Origin: Daphnia carinata
Lineage: Eukaryota
Length of the DNA stretch: 64,000 nucleotides
Assembly: GCF_022539665.2 (NCBI RefSeq)
Contig: NC_081334.1
Span: forward strand, 248,001-312,000
Reading direction: 5' to 3'
Below the pieces are notes generated by a model. The model had not been told where the DNA came from and did no database searches. It saw only the letters and a list, made by a program, of their open reading frames with translations. Of the stretch, positions 50,301-61,335 are shown piece by piece (the stretch's first letter is position 1; each line of letters starts with the position of its first letter). Position numbers and translations under genes: made by a program.

Positions 50301-52800
50301 ATAAAATATTTAACAGCCATGTAGAGAAAGCTTAAACGTATCTATTGATCCTAATATTATTGATATTGTAGTAGTGTGAGGTATTTTTAGTGATTTCAAA
50401 ATATCTCACAAAAAAGGGAAAAATGAGGAAATGGGGAAAACGAAACTTACAAATAGTGCCTTGACAGTATAGAACCACTAACCTTAACGGTGGCAATCGA
50501 ACATCTTACGACTCTGCCATGGTTCACAGAAAATAACTAAAATGCTTAACATGTCTTTTTTTATGTAGTCTGCTGTCCCAAATTAGCGTCACGGGAGCTT
50601 ACGTAAAAAATATAAGAATTAAAATCACCCATTATATAAATATTTTCATATGATTTTCATAAAATATTTAACAGCCATGTAGAGGAAACTTAAACGAATC
50701 TATTTATACCAGTATTGATGATATTGCTTTAGTTTAAGATGTTCTTATTGATTTTAAAATATCTCATCAAATACGAAAAAATTCAAAAATAAGAAAATAC
50801 AAGTTGTTGTATAGTTTCCATACGGTATAGAACCATTAGCCTTTTGGTTGGCAATTCAACATCTTACGATTATGCCATGGTTAGTATAAAACTATTGAAA
50901 AGCATAACATGTCTACTTGTATGTAGTCTACTGTCCCAAATTAGCGTCACGGGGGCTTATGTAAAAAATATAAGAATTTAAATCATTGGTTAGATGAATA
51001 TTGTCATATGATTTTCATAAAATATTTAACAGCCCTGTGGAGAACATTTAAACGAATCTATTAATACCAAGATTTGTTGATATTGCGTTTGTTTAAAGTG
51101 TCTTTGGCGATTGTATAAAATCTCACAAAATAAGATTAAAAATTACAAGTAATAAAAAAACATTTGCACAAGAGCCCCAACTGGTATTGAACCACCAACC
51201 TTCGAGTTGGTGTTCCAACACCGTACGACTAAGCCACTGTTGATTGATAATAGAAACACAACCTACCAACGTTATTTAGTTTATTGTCTGATGTCCCAAA
51301 TTAGTGCCATGGGAGCTTATGTAAAAAATATGAAAATTGCAATCACAGGTTAGATGAATATTGTAAGCTGGCTAAGGTGATGAAGTTTCTGATTTATAAC
51401 CGGAATTTAGGCGAACCCAGGGAAGTAATAATAATTGGAAAAATGTTAGCTTTGGATGATTAAAATGAATTAACAATCTCTCTTGAAAAAAAAAATTTCG
51501 TATGGTTAAAAAGAGTGAGCTGAAATATATAAGCAAAGAAATACAATCAGTCACTATGTAGGGTTGAACCACCGACTTTCAAACTTGCACGCCAAAGCCT
51601 TATGACTGTGCTATGAACGTTTTGTAATTTTTGGTATACAACTTATACAAATCAATATAGTCTGCTGTCCAGATTTAGCGTCATGGGAACTTATGGGAAA
51701 ATAGACTAAAATCAGTCAGCAATTAAATGAATAGTATATGTCTACGTTAGTAACAAATTTTAACGCATTGTTACGAAACAGTCGACGAACATTCTTACGG
51801 CGATATTTGGTAGGATAGGGCAAGTTAAAAACAATTTTTTTCGGTTTAAAATTTCGGACATTACGGCGTGTTTACGGGAAGTGCTTATGCTTTTTTCTCG
51901 AAAATTTGAATCACATTTATTTTTTCGTTTTTACCGTGGAACCTATAACCTATTGGCTACTTAAAGAGCGAAGTGTTTAATACAATTTTAAAAATCCATA
52001 TTTTATGTTTTTGGGGTGAATTTCAATTGCAAGTTACCAGGCCTGAAAAATGAAGTCTCGTTTTGACAGCTCATTGTTTTGGTTGTTGAAACATAAATTT
52101 CGCAATATTTTTCTATTGCACCCCCTTCGGTGTCTTAAGCTATTCGATTCAGAATTAAAAACTGAATCGAATGAATAAATTAGTTTTTAAAAATAAGACT
52201 GTCCAGAATTAGTAGAAATGTCCAATGAATTAGGGTTTTTGTCCGAAATTAGCAGATCGGCTTTACACGCATTCCCCATAAGAAAGGCTGTTAGCCCAAA
52301 CGCTGTCCCAATTCGCTCTTTTACGCTACTATACCACTACTTATGCTGCTCCGGTTTACTACACTGAAGCCCCTCAATACTACACCACAAAGGCTGCCGA
52401 ATACTACACTACTAAAGCCCCTGAATATTACACCAAGAAAGCGGAATACTACCCCACAACTTACGCAGCCCCAGCTTACTACACTGAGGCTCCCCAATAC
52501 TATGCTACAAAGGCCCCCGAGTACTACACCACACCGTATGCTGCACCAAGTTATTACACTGAAGCCCCCGCATACTACACAACAACATATGCTACTCCCA
52601 TCTACTACACCGAGGCAACGAAGTACTACGCTACTCAAAGGTACTACCAGACTGCAGCCCCCAACTACTACACCACCAAAGCGCCAGAGTATTACACTAC
52701 CACTTACGGCGCTCCCAGTTACTACACCGAGGCTCCAGCTTACTACACAACAACATACGCCACACCCCGCTATTACACAGATCGACCAAAGTATTACTAA
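44323..52800 (+). CDS. Secreted Tyr/Thr/Ala/Pro-repeat structural protein (copy 4), interrupted by a 6.7-kb transposon
   Basis: Exon 1 ATGG (44323-44326), intron 44327-44467, exon 2 starting with signal peptide MANYAAMLLLAVVSLMAGQAMG. Open to 45591 (376 aa) and again 52327-52800; removing the element gives one 533-aa ORF ending DRPKYY*. Confidence 0.85.
44728..44991 (+). repeat. 11 identical 24-bp coding repeats (TTKASEYY)
   Basis: ACCACCAAGGCTTCCGAGTACTAC x11, preceded by TTKAPEYY variants. Confidence 0.95.
46625..46695 (+). other. tRNA-like A-box/B-box cassette in the left arm
   Basis: TGGCACAGTGG...GGTTCAATTCTC at tRNA-like spacing; acceptor stem not conserved. Confidence 0.55.
46855..46925 (+). 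other. Second tRNA-like cassette in the left arm
   Basis: TAGCTCAGAGGTAAAGCA..CTCATGA..GTTCAATGCC. Confidence 0.5.
47090..51720 (-). repeat. Tandem array of 13 units of ~357 bp, each with a TIR-derived motif and a tRNA-like cassette
   Basis: TGTCCCAAATTAG-type motif at 47374, 47734, 48078, 48436, 48795, 49152, 49509, 49865, 50215, 50574, 50932, 51292 and 51666. The minus strand of each unit approximates TGGCATAGTCGTAAGACG..TTGCCA..GGTTC(T/G/A)ATAC. Confidence 0.9.
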
Positions 52801-54386
52801 TCATGAAATTTGTTTTATTATTTGCTTTCCTCGTTTCAAAATGAGTATTTATCCCTGCCACGTATTTATGCCTTAACTACTTGTCACAATACGAACGTGG
52901 TTTATAAATGAAATGTTGAATACAGGTATAATGTCGTTACAAAATTCATTTGTTTATTCTGCATCACATAAAGCGGATGAAGGCGATTCAAGTTTTGTTA
53001 CCATTTCTGAACAAAATTATTCGTTAGGATGAATAAGAACTACATCATTAAATACGCTATATTCAGTTACTAGCAGAACCGCATTGATTTATTGCGTTAC
53101 TTCATAGGCATCGTTTCGTTTATGTGGTTAAAATCCATTTTCATTTGTAATTGAATAGCAGTTTAAATTTTTTTTTCAGGTTGCATATGCTCCGCTGATG
53201 GCAATTATTACTTCCGATGTTAAATTTCAATTTTATGGTTTGCTCAAAATATTCGGCAGAGATATCAGTATCGTTTTGCCAGTTTTAATTTTAGTTATAG
53301 GGAAAATAGCCAAAAAGGTTGCGCTAAGCACTTGAACTGACACACTATTCGTAACCTCCAGACCTGCCATGATGGACTGAATCATATAGTACAGCTATTG
53401 ATTCGATCCATCCTGACATCAGCTGATAGCTCTTACATCTCTACTCAGTTTCGCATTGGAATGGGGGGCCACTCCCATACCAGCGCTTGACGTTTCGAGT
53501 TGTAATTGCTTACAGACTCTTGGTTACTAGTATTCAATAATCCCATTAATGGGAGGGTGCCATACCCGGTTAGGGGCAGAAGCAATAACAAAGCAGCCAG
53601 AAACCAAATGAATGACAATATCGGCTTCGAAGAAGGAAAAAAAAGAGGTTATTGTTAACACGTGCATGTCGAGCTTTTATTCAAATTCATTTCCACGGAG
53701 AAAGGGGAAAGAGGGTTTCATATAAAAATATTAGCTGTTTCCCCGTCCACTTTCGGCAGCTGTGTTATGTTCGCAAATACATCGGCTATATGGCGTCATC
53801 CAGGCCTCAGAATGAACCAAGGCGCTCTCTCACATAACATAATGTTGTTTCCTCATGCTCGTTTTTAAACACAGATCAGTAGTGCACTATTAATGTTGAA
53901 GTTAAACTGTAATGTTGGTGACCATTAACTGACCTGCTTTTCTTTCACAAACAATTCTTTTTTCGCGGGAAGGTATACAAAGATCAATACACAATATGTG
54001 GAAGGGCAAAAGCTGGCGATTGAAAGAATAAAAATCGGTGGACGATGACAAAAAGAAGTAGGGAAAAACCCCCCAAAAAATGAACAGGACGGTTATGATT
54101 TGACTAATTGGCCGAAAAAAAAAAAAGCTGCAAAAGCTGCAGAACTGAAACTACAAAACAAACAAAATGTTGGCTTTCAAGTAAAGCCAGATCTATATGG
54201 TAAAGAAACTCAGAGCGATGGATCAACCTTGTTTTTCTTTTTCAAGATCTCAATTGTGGCGGGGATACCCCCAGATACCCCGCTGACATTATGACAAGTC
54301 CATTTTCCCCCTGCTAGATGTCACGTCTGGTGACACCCCTTTTCTCCTACCCTCACCATCTCTCGAGCGGACACTCTGGTTAAGAC

Positions 54387-54856
54387 CAGACTTGCCGCGC
54401 CGATCAATTTTCCGATCGCGATCTCCGATCCGATCTTTTTAGTTTGATCGGATCGGGCGATCCGATCAAACTGCGAAAGATCGGATCGGCGATCAAATTT
54501 TGCCGATCATTTTTAGCGATCATTTTTGTGCAGCATCTAACGGTAAAAATTTACACTGTTTCGCGAAAATAGCATTGGCTGTCACAGCGACAGTCACTGG
54601 CGGCCATTGAGGGTGAACACTAAACAGTTTCCTTCAATTGGCATTCGCAAAAATAGCAGTGAAATAGAACCCTGCGGCTGAAAATCTACAGCTAGATGGC
54701 GAAAAGTTTGATCGCTAAAAACGATCGGATCGCGATCAATTTTTTGGGATCGCCGATCCGATCTCCGATCTTTTTCAAAAGATCGGATCGGCGATCAATT
54801 TTTTGATCGGAGATCAGATCGGCGATCAATTTTTGATCGCGATCGCGGCAAGTCTG
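54387..54856. mobile_element. hAT-like MITE (470 bp) inserted in the 5' LTR of Gypsy 2
   Basis: TIR CAGACTTGCCGCG/CGCGGCAAGTCTG with 8-bp TSD GTTAAGAC. Absent from the 3' LTR. Dense subterminal (C)CGATC repeats. Confidence 0.92.
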
Positions 54857-55159
54857 GTTAAGACTGTGAAACTGGGAACATCGCTCTTGTTGCTGAGATA
54901 TTTTTTTGTAATACGGGTGCCGTGCTAGGCTCCATCGTGTGAAAAAGAACTATAGTTTGAATAAAAGAGGCTTGTGGGCCTTTATCCTGCAACAATTGGT
55001 GTCAGAAGAGGGATACAGGCCTCAGAAAAGATTCACACTTGTGAACTGCTAGCAGAACCATCGCCTGGGATTAACGTGGTCTTACGTAACTTCCCTCGTT
55101 GCCGGTGGGTATAGCGTGGTCGCCCAGACACTTAAGCAATTTTTTTTATATTTTATTTT

Positions 55160-56382
55160 ATGCCGCCGAAACGGCTTGCTGTAGTTGCCCCAGTAGATTA
55201 TCATATTAGGACGCGAAGTGCCTCAAGAAATTTGATCCCAGTGGTCGACACCCCTCGAGTCGTTGCATTGATCCCCGATAGCGATTCAGAAAGTGAAGAG
55301 AGGCCTTCACGTCGATTGAATTTTGATATCTCGCCTGTTAGAGAAGAACCGGAACAGTTAAACATGGATCCTGACCTAGCCCAAGCTCTCGCAAATTTTG
55401 CGAATGGCGCTGCTCAGGATCGAGCACAGTATCAGGGGCGTCACGATGCATTAATGAATCTTCTAGTGGCCTTGCAGCAAGAAAGTGCAGCTTTGCGAGC
55501 ACTGGTAACTGCTCAGCAGCAACAAGCAGGTGCAGCGCTTGCACATGTAAATAATGCAGTTGTAGAGTCAATCCCCATGTTTGAGGGTAAATTGGGAGAG
55601 TCTGGTAGACATTGGGTCCGTATCATAAATCAGGCCGGCGATGTGGAAGGGTGGACAAATGCTCAGAAGAGACAAGTCGCCGTCAGGCGTCTAGGAGGAA
55701 TTGCCCTTCAGTGGCATTTGCAATCGGGCGCCAATAATCCGAATTGGCAAAACTGGTCCAATGCGCTGGGGACTAACTTTACACAACGTCTATCACCATC
55801 GGAGTGGTATAAGCTGATCGAGGAAAGGGTCCAGAAAGCGGGGGAACCAGGGATCGCGTATGCAGTAGAAAAATCTCGTTTGCTTGATCTTCCCCCCATG
55901 TCTTGACAAATGCACAGAAGGTTTCGTATCTGATAGGTGGGTTGGCGAATTGGCAACACGTGGCGGCCATGATGAATGACACGCCGGCAGACGTCGACGA
56001 GTTCATGACGAGGTTAAGAAACCTTGAGACATTGTTCTCTACATTGCGGCCAAATGTGTCCCCCATTCCCCCAAATAATCCGTTTTTTCAGCCGTATACG
56101 TTGCCACCAGTGCCGATGCATCCACCACCGGTTCCGACACCCCTTCCTCCTGCAGCACCACAAATTGATGTCGGATCGGCACTGCTGTCAATGGGAAACC
56201 AGATCGCTGGATTGACGGAACGACTGAATGGATTGACCCTGGGAGGAGGCCAGCGCTAAATACAGCGTCAGCCGGACAATCGTACCTGTTTTCAGTGCGG
56301 AGCGACCGGCCATATCAGAAGAAATTGCCCTCGTGGGGCGGGAAACGGCCAGGCCCCGTCGGCTGGCCAAGGCCAGCGTTGA
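55160..56382 (+). pseudogene. gag: Gypsy 2 gag (frameshifted)
   Basis: IPMFEGK..WTNAQKRQVAVRRLGGIALQWH..RVQKAGE and zinc knuckle CFQCGATGHIRRNC. Frameshifts near 55900 and 56255. Confidence 0.9.
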
Positions 56383-59300
56383 CGGGGAAGCACATTGACG
56401 AGTCGTCCAGACCAACTTAACTGCCTGTCATCCGCGTTTACATTCAAGGAGTTGGTGAGACAGACGCCTTGCTGGACACAGGATCCAGCATAACAACAGT
56501 AAGGTTACCAGTAGTAAGACGAATTGTCAAGAATAAAGGTATTCGTATTCTTCCAGGGATAAGGGGAATAGATAATAAGGCTGTAAGAGTTGTAGATGAG
56601 ATCCCTTTACAAATTCGTTTTAAAGACACTACAGTGTTGCTTGAAAATGTCGCAGTTGTCGAAATGGCCCCCTTTCCTTTGATTTTGGGCGTAGATTGGC
56701 TGGTGAAAGCCAATATAAATTTAGTCTGTAAGGATAACCAAATTGTTCCAGTGTTTATAAAAGATGTAGAAGAGGAAGCTGATACTGACAAGACCAACAC
56801 ATCAATTCCGGATGAAGTAAAAAGAGCATTGCCATCAGAAGAATTTTTTCAGGATTTGGCTAGAGATTTGCCGGTGGTGCGACGGAAAGGATCCGTTAGA
56901 TTTAGGATCAATAAAGCCGTTGAAGTTCCGGGTGAATCGCTCCAGATGTTAAAAGGATCAGTCCCAATTAATTTCACCGGAACGGGCATGGTGCGGTTCG
57001 GATTTTCAGCAGAGCCCTCGAAAACCTGGGTGGTGCCTTCCGCCTTAGTTTCGTTCAAGAATGGGAGGGCCAGAGTCCCGTTGATGAATTTGGAATCAAA
57101 GCCGGTAACAATAAAGCGGAGAAATTGTGTAATGTCCATTGATCTCGATTTAGACGCTCAAATTGCCGTCGTTCCAACGGAACAGAAAGAGGAAAAGGAT
57201 TCAAATGACGGAGTAGCAAGGCCAGTGCGAATGAGTTGCGCTGCGGTTAGCGGATATTTACGAGCGGCCATTCGTGAGGACGTCAACACGGGACCTTATC
57301 TATCGGGAGCCGAGAAGGAAAAAGTCTTCGCATTGCTGGACCAGCATCGTCGCTGTCTCCCTACTGAAAAGACCCAGCTAGGCAGAGCGATGAAGATTCA
57401 GCACAACATCGATACCGGTAACTCTCGTCCAATCACTAGCCGTCCGTATAGGATTTCACAGTTTGAAAGAAAGGTAATCTCAGAAAAGGTGAATGAGATG
57501 CTAAAGGGTGGGATAATTCAGCCATCAAATAGCCCTTGGTCTTCGCCGGTCGTCCTTGTCAAAAAAAAATCCGGCGAGCACAGATTTTGCGTGGACTACA
57601 GACGGCTTAATGCTGTAACAAAGAGAGACGTTTATCCGCTTCCGCGGATGGACGATGTTTTTGATAGACTCGCCGGTGCAAAATATTTTTCCACCTTAGA
57701 TCTAGCTAACGGATACTGGCAGGTACCAGTCGCGGAAAGAGATCGTCCAAAAACAGCTTTCGTAACGCCCGATGGCTTATTTGAATTCAATAGAATGCCT
57801 TTTGGTCTGGCAAACGCGCCGGCCACATTTCAGCGATTAATGGATCAGGTTTTAAATAGGCTAAAATGGACCGCATGTCTGGTTTATTTGGACGATATTC
57901 TCGTCTTTGGGAGAAATTTTGACGAGCATCAGATTAGGTTAAATTTGGTTTTGACAGCCCTGGGCGAGGCCAACTTGGTCCTTAATATGAAAAAGTGTCT
58001 TTTTGCAGCAGATGAGGTAAGTCATTTTGGTCACATCGTCAAAGCGGATGGAATAAGGCCAGATCCGGAGAAAGTAAGTGCCTTGGAGAGGATGGAAGTG
58101 AATTCGGTGAAGTCACTAAGGGCATTCCTGGGCCTTGCATCATACTATCGAAAATTTATCCCAGAATTTTCACATCTGACTGCTCCGCTTGTGACTCTGC
58201 TCAAAAAGAACGCCAAGTGGAATTGGGAGGAGAGGCAGAAAAAGGCCGTTCGTACCCTTGTCCGACTATTGTCGGCAGAACCGGTGTTGGTGCATTTCGA
58301 CGAAAACCTTCCAACTGAGATCCATACGGACGCAAGTAATTTCGGATTAGGGGCCGTCCTTGCTCAAAAAGCGGACGGTGAGGTAAAACCTGTTGCTTTT
58401 CTCAGTAGAGCGCTTTCTGACGCGGAAGCCAAGTATCATTCGAATGAGCTTGAGTGTTTGGCTCTAGTGTGGGCTTTAAAGAAATTCAGGTGTTATTTGT
58501 ATGGGCGGCCTTTTACAGTCCGCACAGACAACTCAGCCGTCAGATGGTTGTGGGAGAAAAAAGAGTTGAGTGGTAAATTTTCAAGATGGATTTTGAGCCT
58601 ACAAGAATATGACTTTAAAATTGATAAGAATATGATTTAAATTGGTCGCTGATGCTCTCTCGAGGAATCTTGGCGGAAGGGAGGAATGCCGGACATCCTC
58701 GACAGAACATCGCATAAGCTGTGTGTTAAAATCTGATGGATACACAGCTAAAGAGCTTGCATTTTTACAGCAAGTCGACAAAGAGTTACGCCCAATTACT
58801 AATCGCGCTCTCACTAACAAAAAAGATCCTGACTTCGCCGTCAGAAAGGGGGTAGTGTACAAAAAAAGTAAAAGTAATGTGGGTAGAAAATTGCTTTTGT
58901 TGGTCCCCTCTATTTTACGCAGGGATTTAATTAGTAACTGCCACGACAAAGCAGATGCATCTCATTTTGGTGTAGAAAAAACTCTTGCCCGTGTAGTAGA
59001 AAATTATTGGTGGCCGCGGATGGAATCTAGTGTGCGAGCGTATGTATTGTCGTGTATGCATTGTCAATTTCATAATGTTCCCCCCGGTGTCCCTGTCGGC
59101 TTTTTGAATCCCATCCCCCCGCCGGCTAGACCATTCGACCTCATCGGCATCGATCATCAAGGCCCGCTGCTGGAGACACCGTCCGGGAATCTCCACATTC
59201 TGTTTGCCATCGACTACCTCACGAAATGGGTGGAGGCTGTAGCGGTACCAAGTACAGCCACCTGTTACGTGATAAAGCTACTTAGGGAGCAGATCATAAA

Positions 59301-60208
59301 TCGACATGGGGTGCCGAGCAGAATTATTTCTGACCCTGGATCAGCGTTTACTAGCAGTGAGCTAGCCATGGAGCTGGACAAATGGAAGATTCGCCACGTC
59401 ATCGCCACTGCAGAGCATCCCCAGACGAATGGATTGGTGGAGAGGCTGAACCGCACAGCCGCCAGAGCCATTTCTGGGTTTATTTCTCCTACCCATCGAG
59501 ATTGGGACGAGCGGCTGTCGGATGCTGTATTCGCCATTAACTCTGCTTAACAGTCAACGACGAAGCATTCGCCGTTTCAGCTTGTCTATGGACGACTCCT
59601 TAATAGACCGGATAACAATCTGTTTGAGTGGCCAGAAGATAGACCAGTGTCAAGGAGAAAGTTCATCAAACGTGTGGAACAATTGAGGAAGGCGGCCAGA
59701 TTTAACATTATCCATCGTCAGGACAGGACAAAATTGCTGCGACGCCCGCAGAAAGGCATCGAAGCCGTATTATCAAGGTGACCTTGTGCTAGTGCGTCGG
59801 ATGTTAAAAAAAAAAGGTTTGACAAAGAAGTTCTTGCCAAAATATATTGGGCCATTCCAGATCGTAAAGAAAGTTGCAGAAACCACATATCTAATGGAAG
59901 AGTTGCCATCTAGAAGGAGGAGGAAAGTGGTACGAAGGTTTAACGCTCATGTTGTGCAATTAAAGCCATTTCGAGCGAGAAGTGACGAGTGGCATGTGAG
60001 CGAACTCGACGAACCAACCGAAAGTGAAAACGACAATGAAAATAGAGGTGAAACTGAAATGACTCAAGTTGCCGTTGATCCAGTCATAGAAGAAATTCCG
60101 GCCCAGCATGTACCTGTCCCTGAATTCCCAAATCGGCCGCCAGTGAAGACAAGAAGCGGACGAATTTCCCGTCTCCCCATTATCCTCGAAGGTTTTGATC
60201 TGAATTAA
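56340..60208 (+). pseudogene. pol: Gypsy 2 pol, disrupted
   Basis: LLDTGS protease, YLDD RT, IHTDAS RNase H, integrase with GPF/GPY-like KYIGPF. Stops at 56418 and 59548; frameshifts near 58630 and 59750. Confidence 0.93.
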
Positions 60209-60717
60209 TAGTTTTGATGGTTGATATTGATTTTGCGTCATCTGTTTTCGGAATTCACTATTCGATTTTTTTTTTTTTTGTTTTATTTATTTATTTATTT
60301 TTTGTTGTTGTTTTTTTTTTGTTTTTTTTTTTTTTTTTTTTTGTTTTGTTTTCCGTTAATTTAAATAGCGCTTTGCTCCAACCACCCATAGTTTCCCCCA
60401 TCCGTGAGCTATTTTGTTTAGTTGTGTTGATCTTGATTTTGAACTCACACCCAGATGTAGGAATCGAATGCATGAGAAGGGAATGGTAAGGTTTATGTGT
60501 TGAATGGGTTGGGTATAGCTTAGGTATAAGTTTAGTTTAGTTTATCAGATTTTGTTTTTTTCGTTTGAGCGAGTAAGATTGTGGCAGGAACCTTTATTTT
60601 GTGTGGAATTTGTTATGATTGTTCAGTGCCTTTTAGCACGGGTGAAATTATTGTGGTGTTATGTATTCTTTATTATGTATGTGAATCGTGACAAGGTCAC
60701 AGCCAGGAAAGGCCGAA

Positions 60718-60978
60718 TGTGGCGGGGATACCCCAGATACCCCGCTGACATTACGACAAGTCCCTTTTCCCCCTGCTAGATGTCACGTCTGGTGACACCC
60801 CTTTTCTCCTACCCTCACCATCTCTCGAGCGGACACTCTGGTTAAGACTGTGAAACTGGGAACATCGCTCTTGTTGCTGAGATATTTCTTTGTAATACGG
60901 GTGCCGTGCTAGGCTCCATCGTGTGAAAAAGAACTATAGTCTGAATAAAAGAGGCTTATGGGCCTTTATCCTGCAACA
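60718..60978 (+). repeat. 3' LTR of Gypsy 2 (261 bp)
   Basis: By eye it differs from the 5' LTR (MITE removed) by about 5 substitutions and 1 indel. Confidence 0.95.
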
Positions 60979-61335
60979 CAATAGTCCAAAAAAAGATTTT
61001 CTTACCTAAAACGAATTTCAAATATTACTAAAACATTTGTGCTAGCAGTAAATGAACTTTGAAAGTGTACCATGAATGCAAGTGATTTAAACAAGGATAC
61101 GAAACCATTTTAGAGCAAGATAATGACAATTCAGCCTCATGGCTTCCGACTGTCCGATTGTCAGAATGTACGTAAGAGATTCCAAGTTCACTATAACGAA
61201 ATTTAAATGTGCGATATTTGTGTAACAATACTAGTAATATTGATATGCTTGAACGTTTAGTAACCAATATCACCATGTTCAGATGGATTCCAATATGTTA
61301 GTTCTTCTAACCACTGGTAGCAGCCACTTTAAAAA

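Larger units (their letters stand above)
45594..52326. mobile_element. Non-autonomous TIR DNA transposon (TA TSD, Tc1/mariner-pogo-like), 6733 bp
   Basis: Perfect 21-bp inverted repeat GTAAAAGAGCGAATTGGGACA (45596-45616, 52304-52324). TA at 45592-45593 and 52327-52328 splits a TAC codon. Subterminal GCTAATTTGGGACA-type repeats are inverted between the arms; no transposase ORF. Superfamily inferred from the TA TSD only. Confidence 0.9.
54255..60978 (+). mobile_element. Gypsy/Ty3 LTR retrotransposon 2, full length but mutated
   Basis: LTRs 54255-54994 and 60718-60978 (TG..CA) with TSD CAAT. PBS TGGTGTCAGAAGAGGGAT (tRNA-Leu type) at 54997 and purine-rich AGGAAAGGCCGAA before the 3' LTR. Domain order gag-PR-RT-RH-IN. 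Confidence 0.97.

Noticed and set aside
47090..51720. CRISPR-like array or functional tRNA gene cluster
   Set aside because: The whole 357-bp unit is homologous rather than repeat plus unique spacer, there are no cas genes, and the context is eukaryotic. Acceptor stems do not pair, so these are not called tRNAs.
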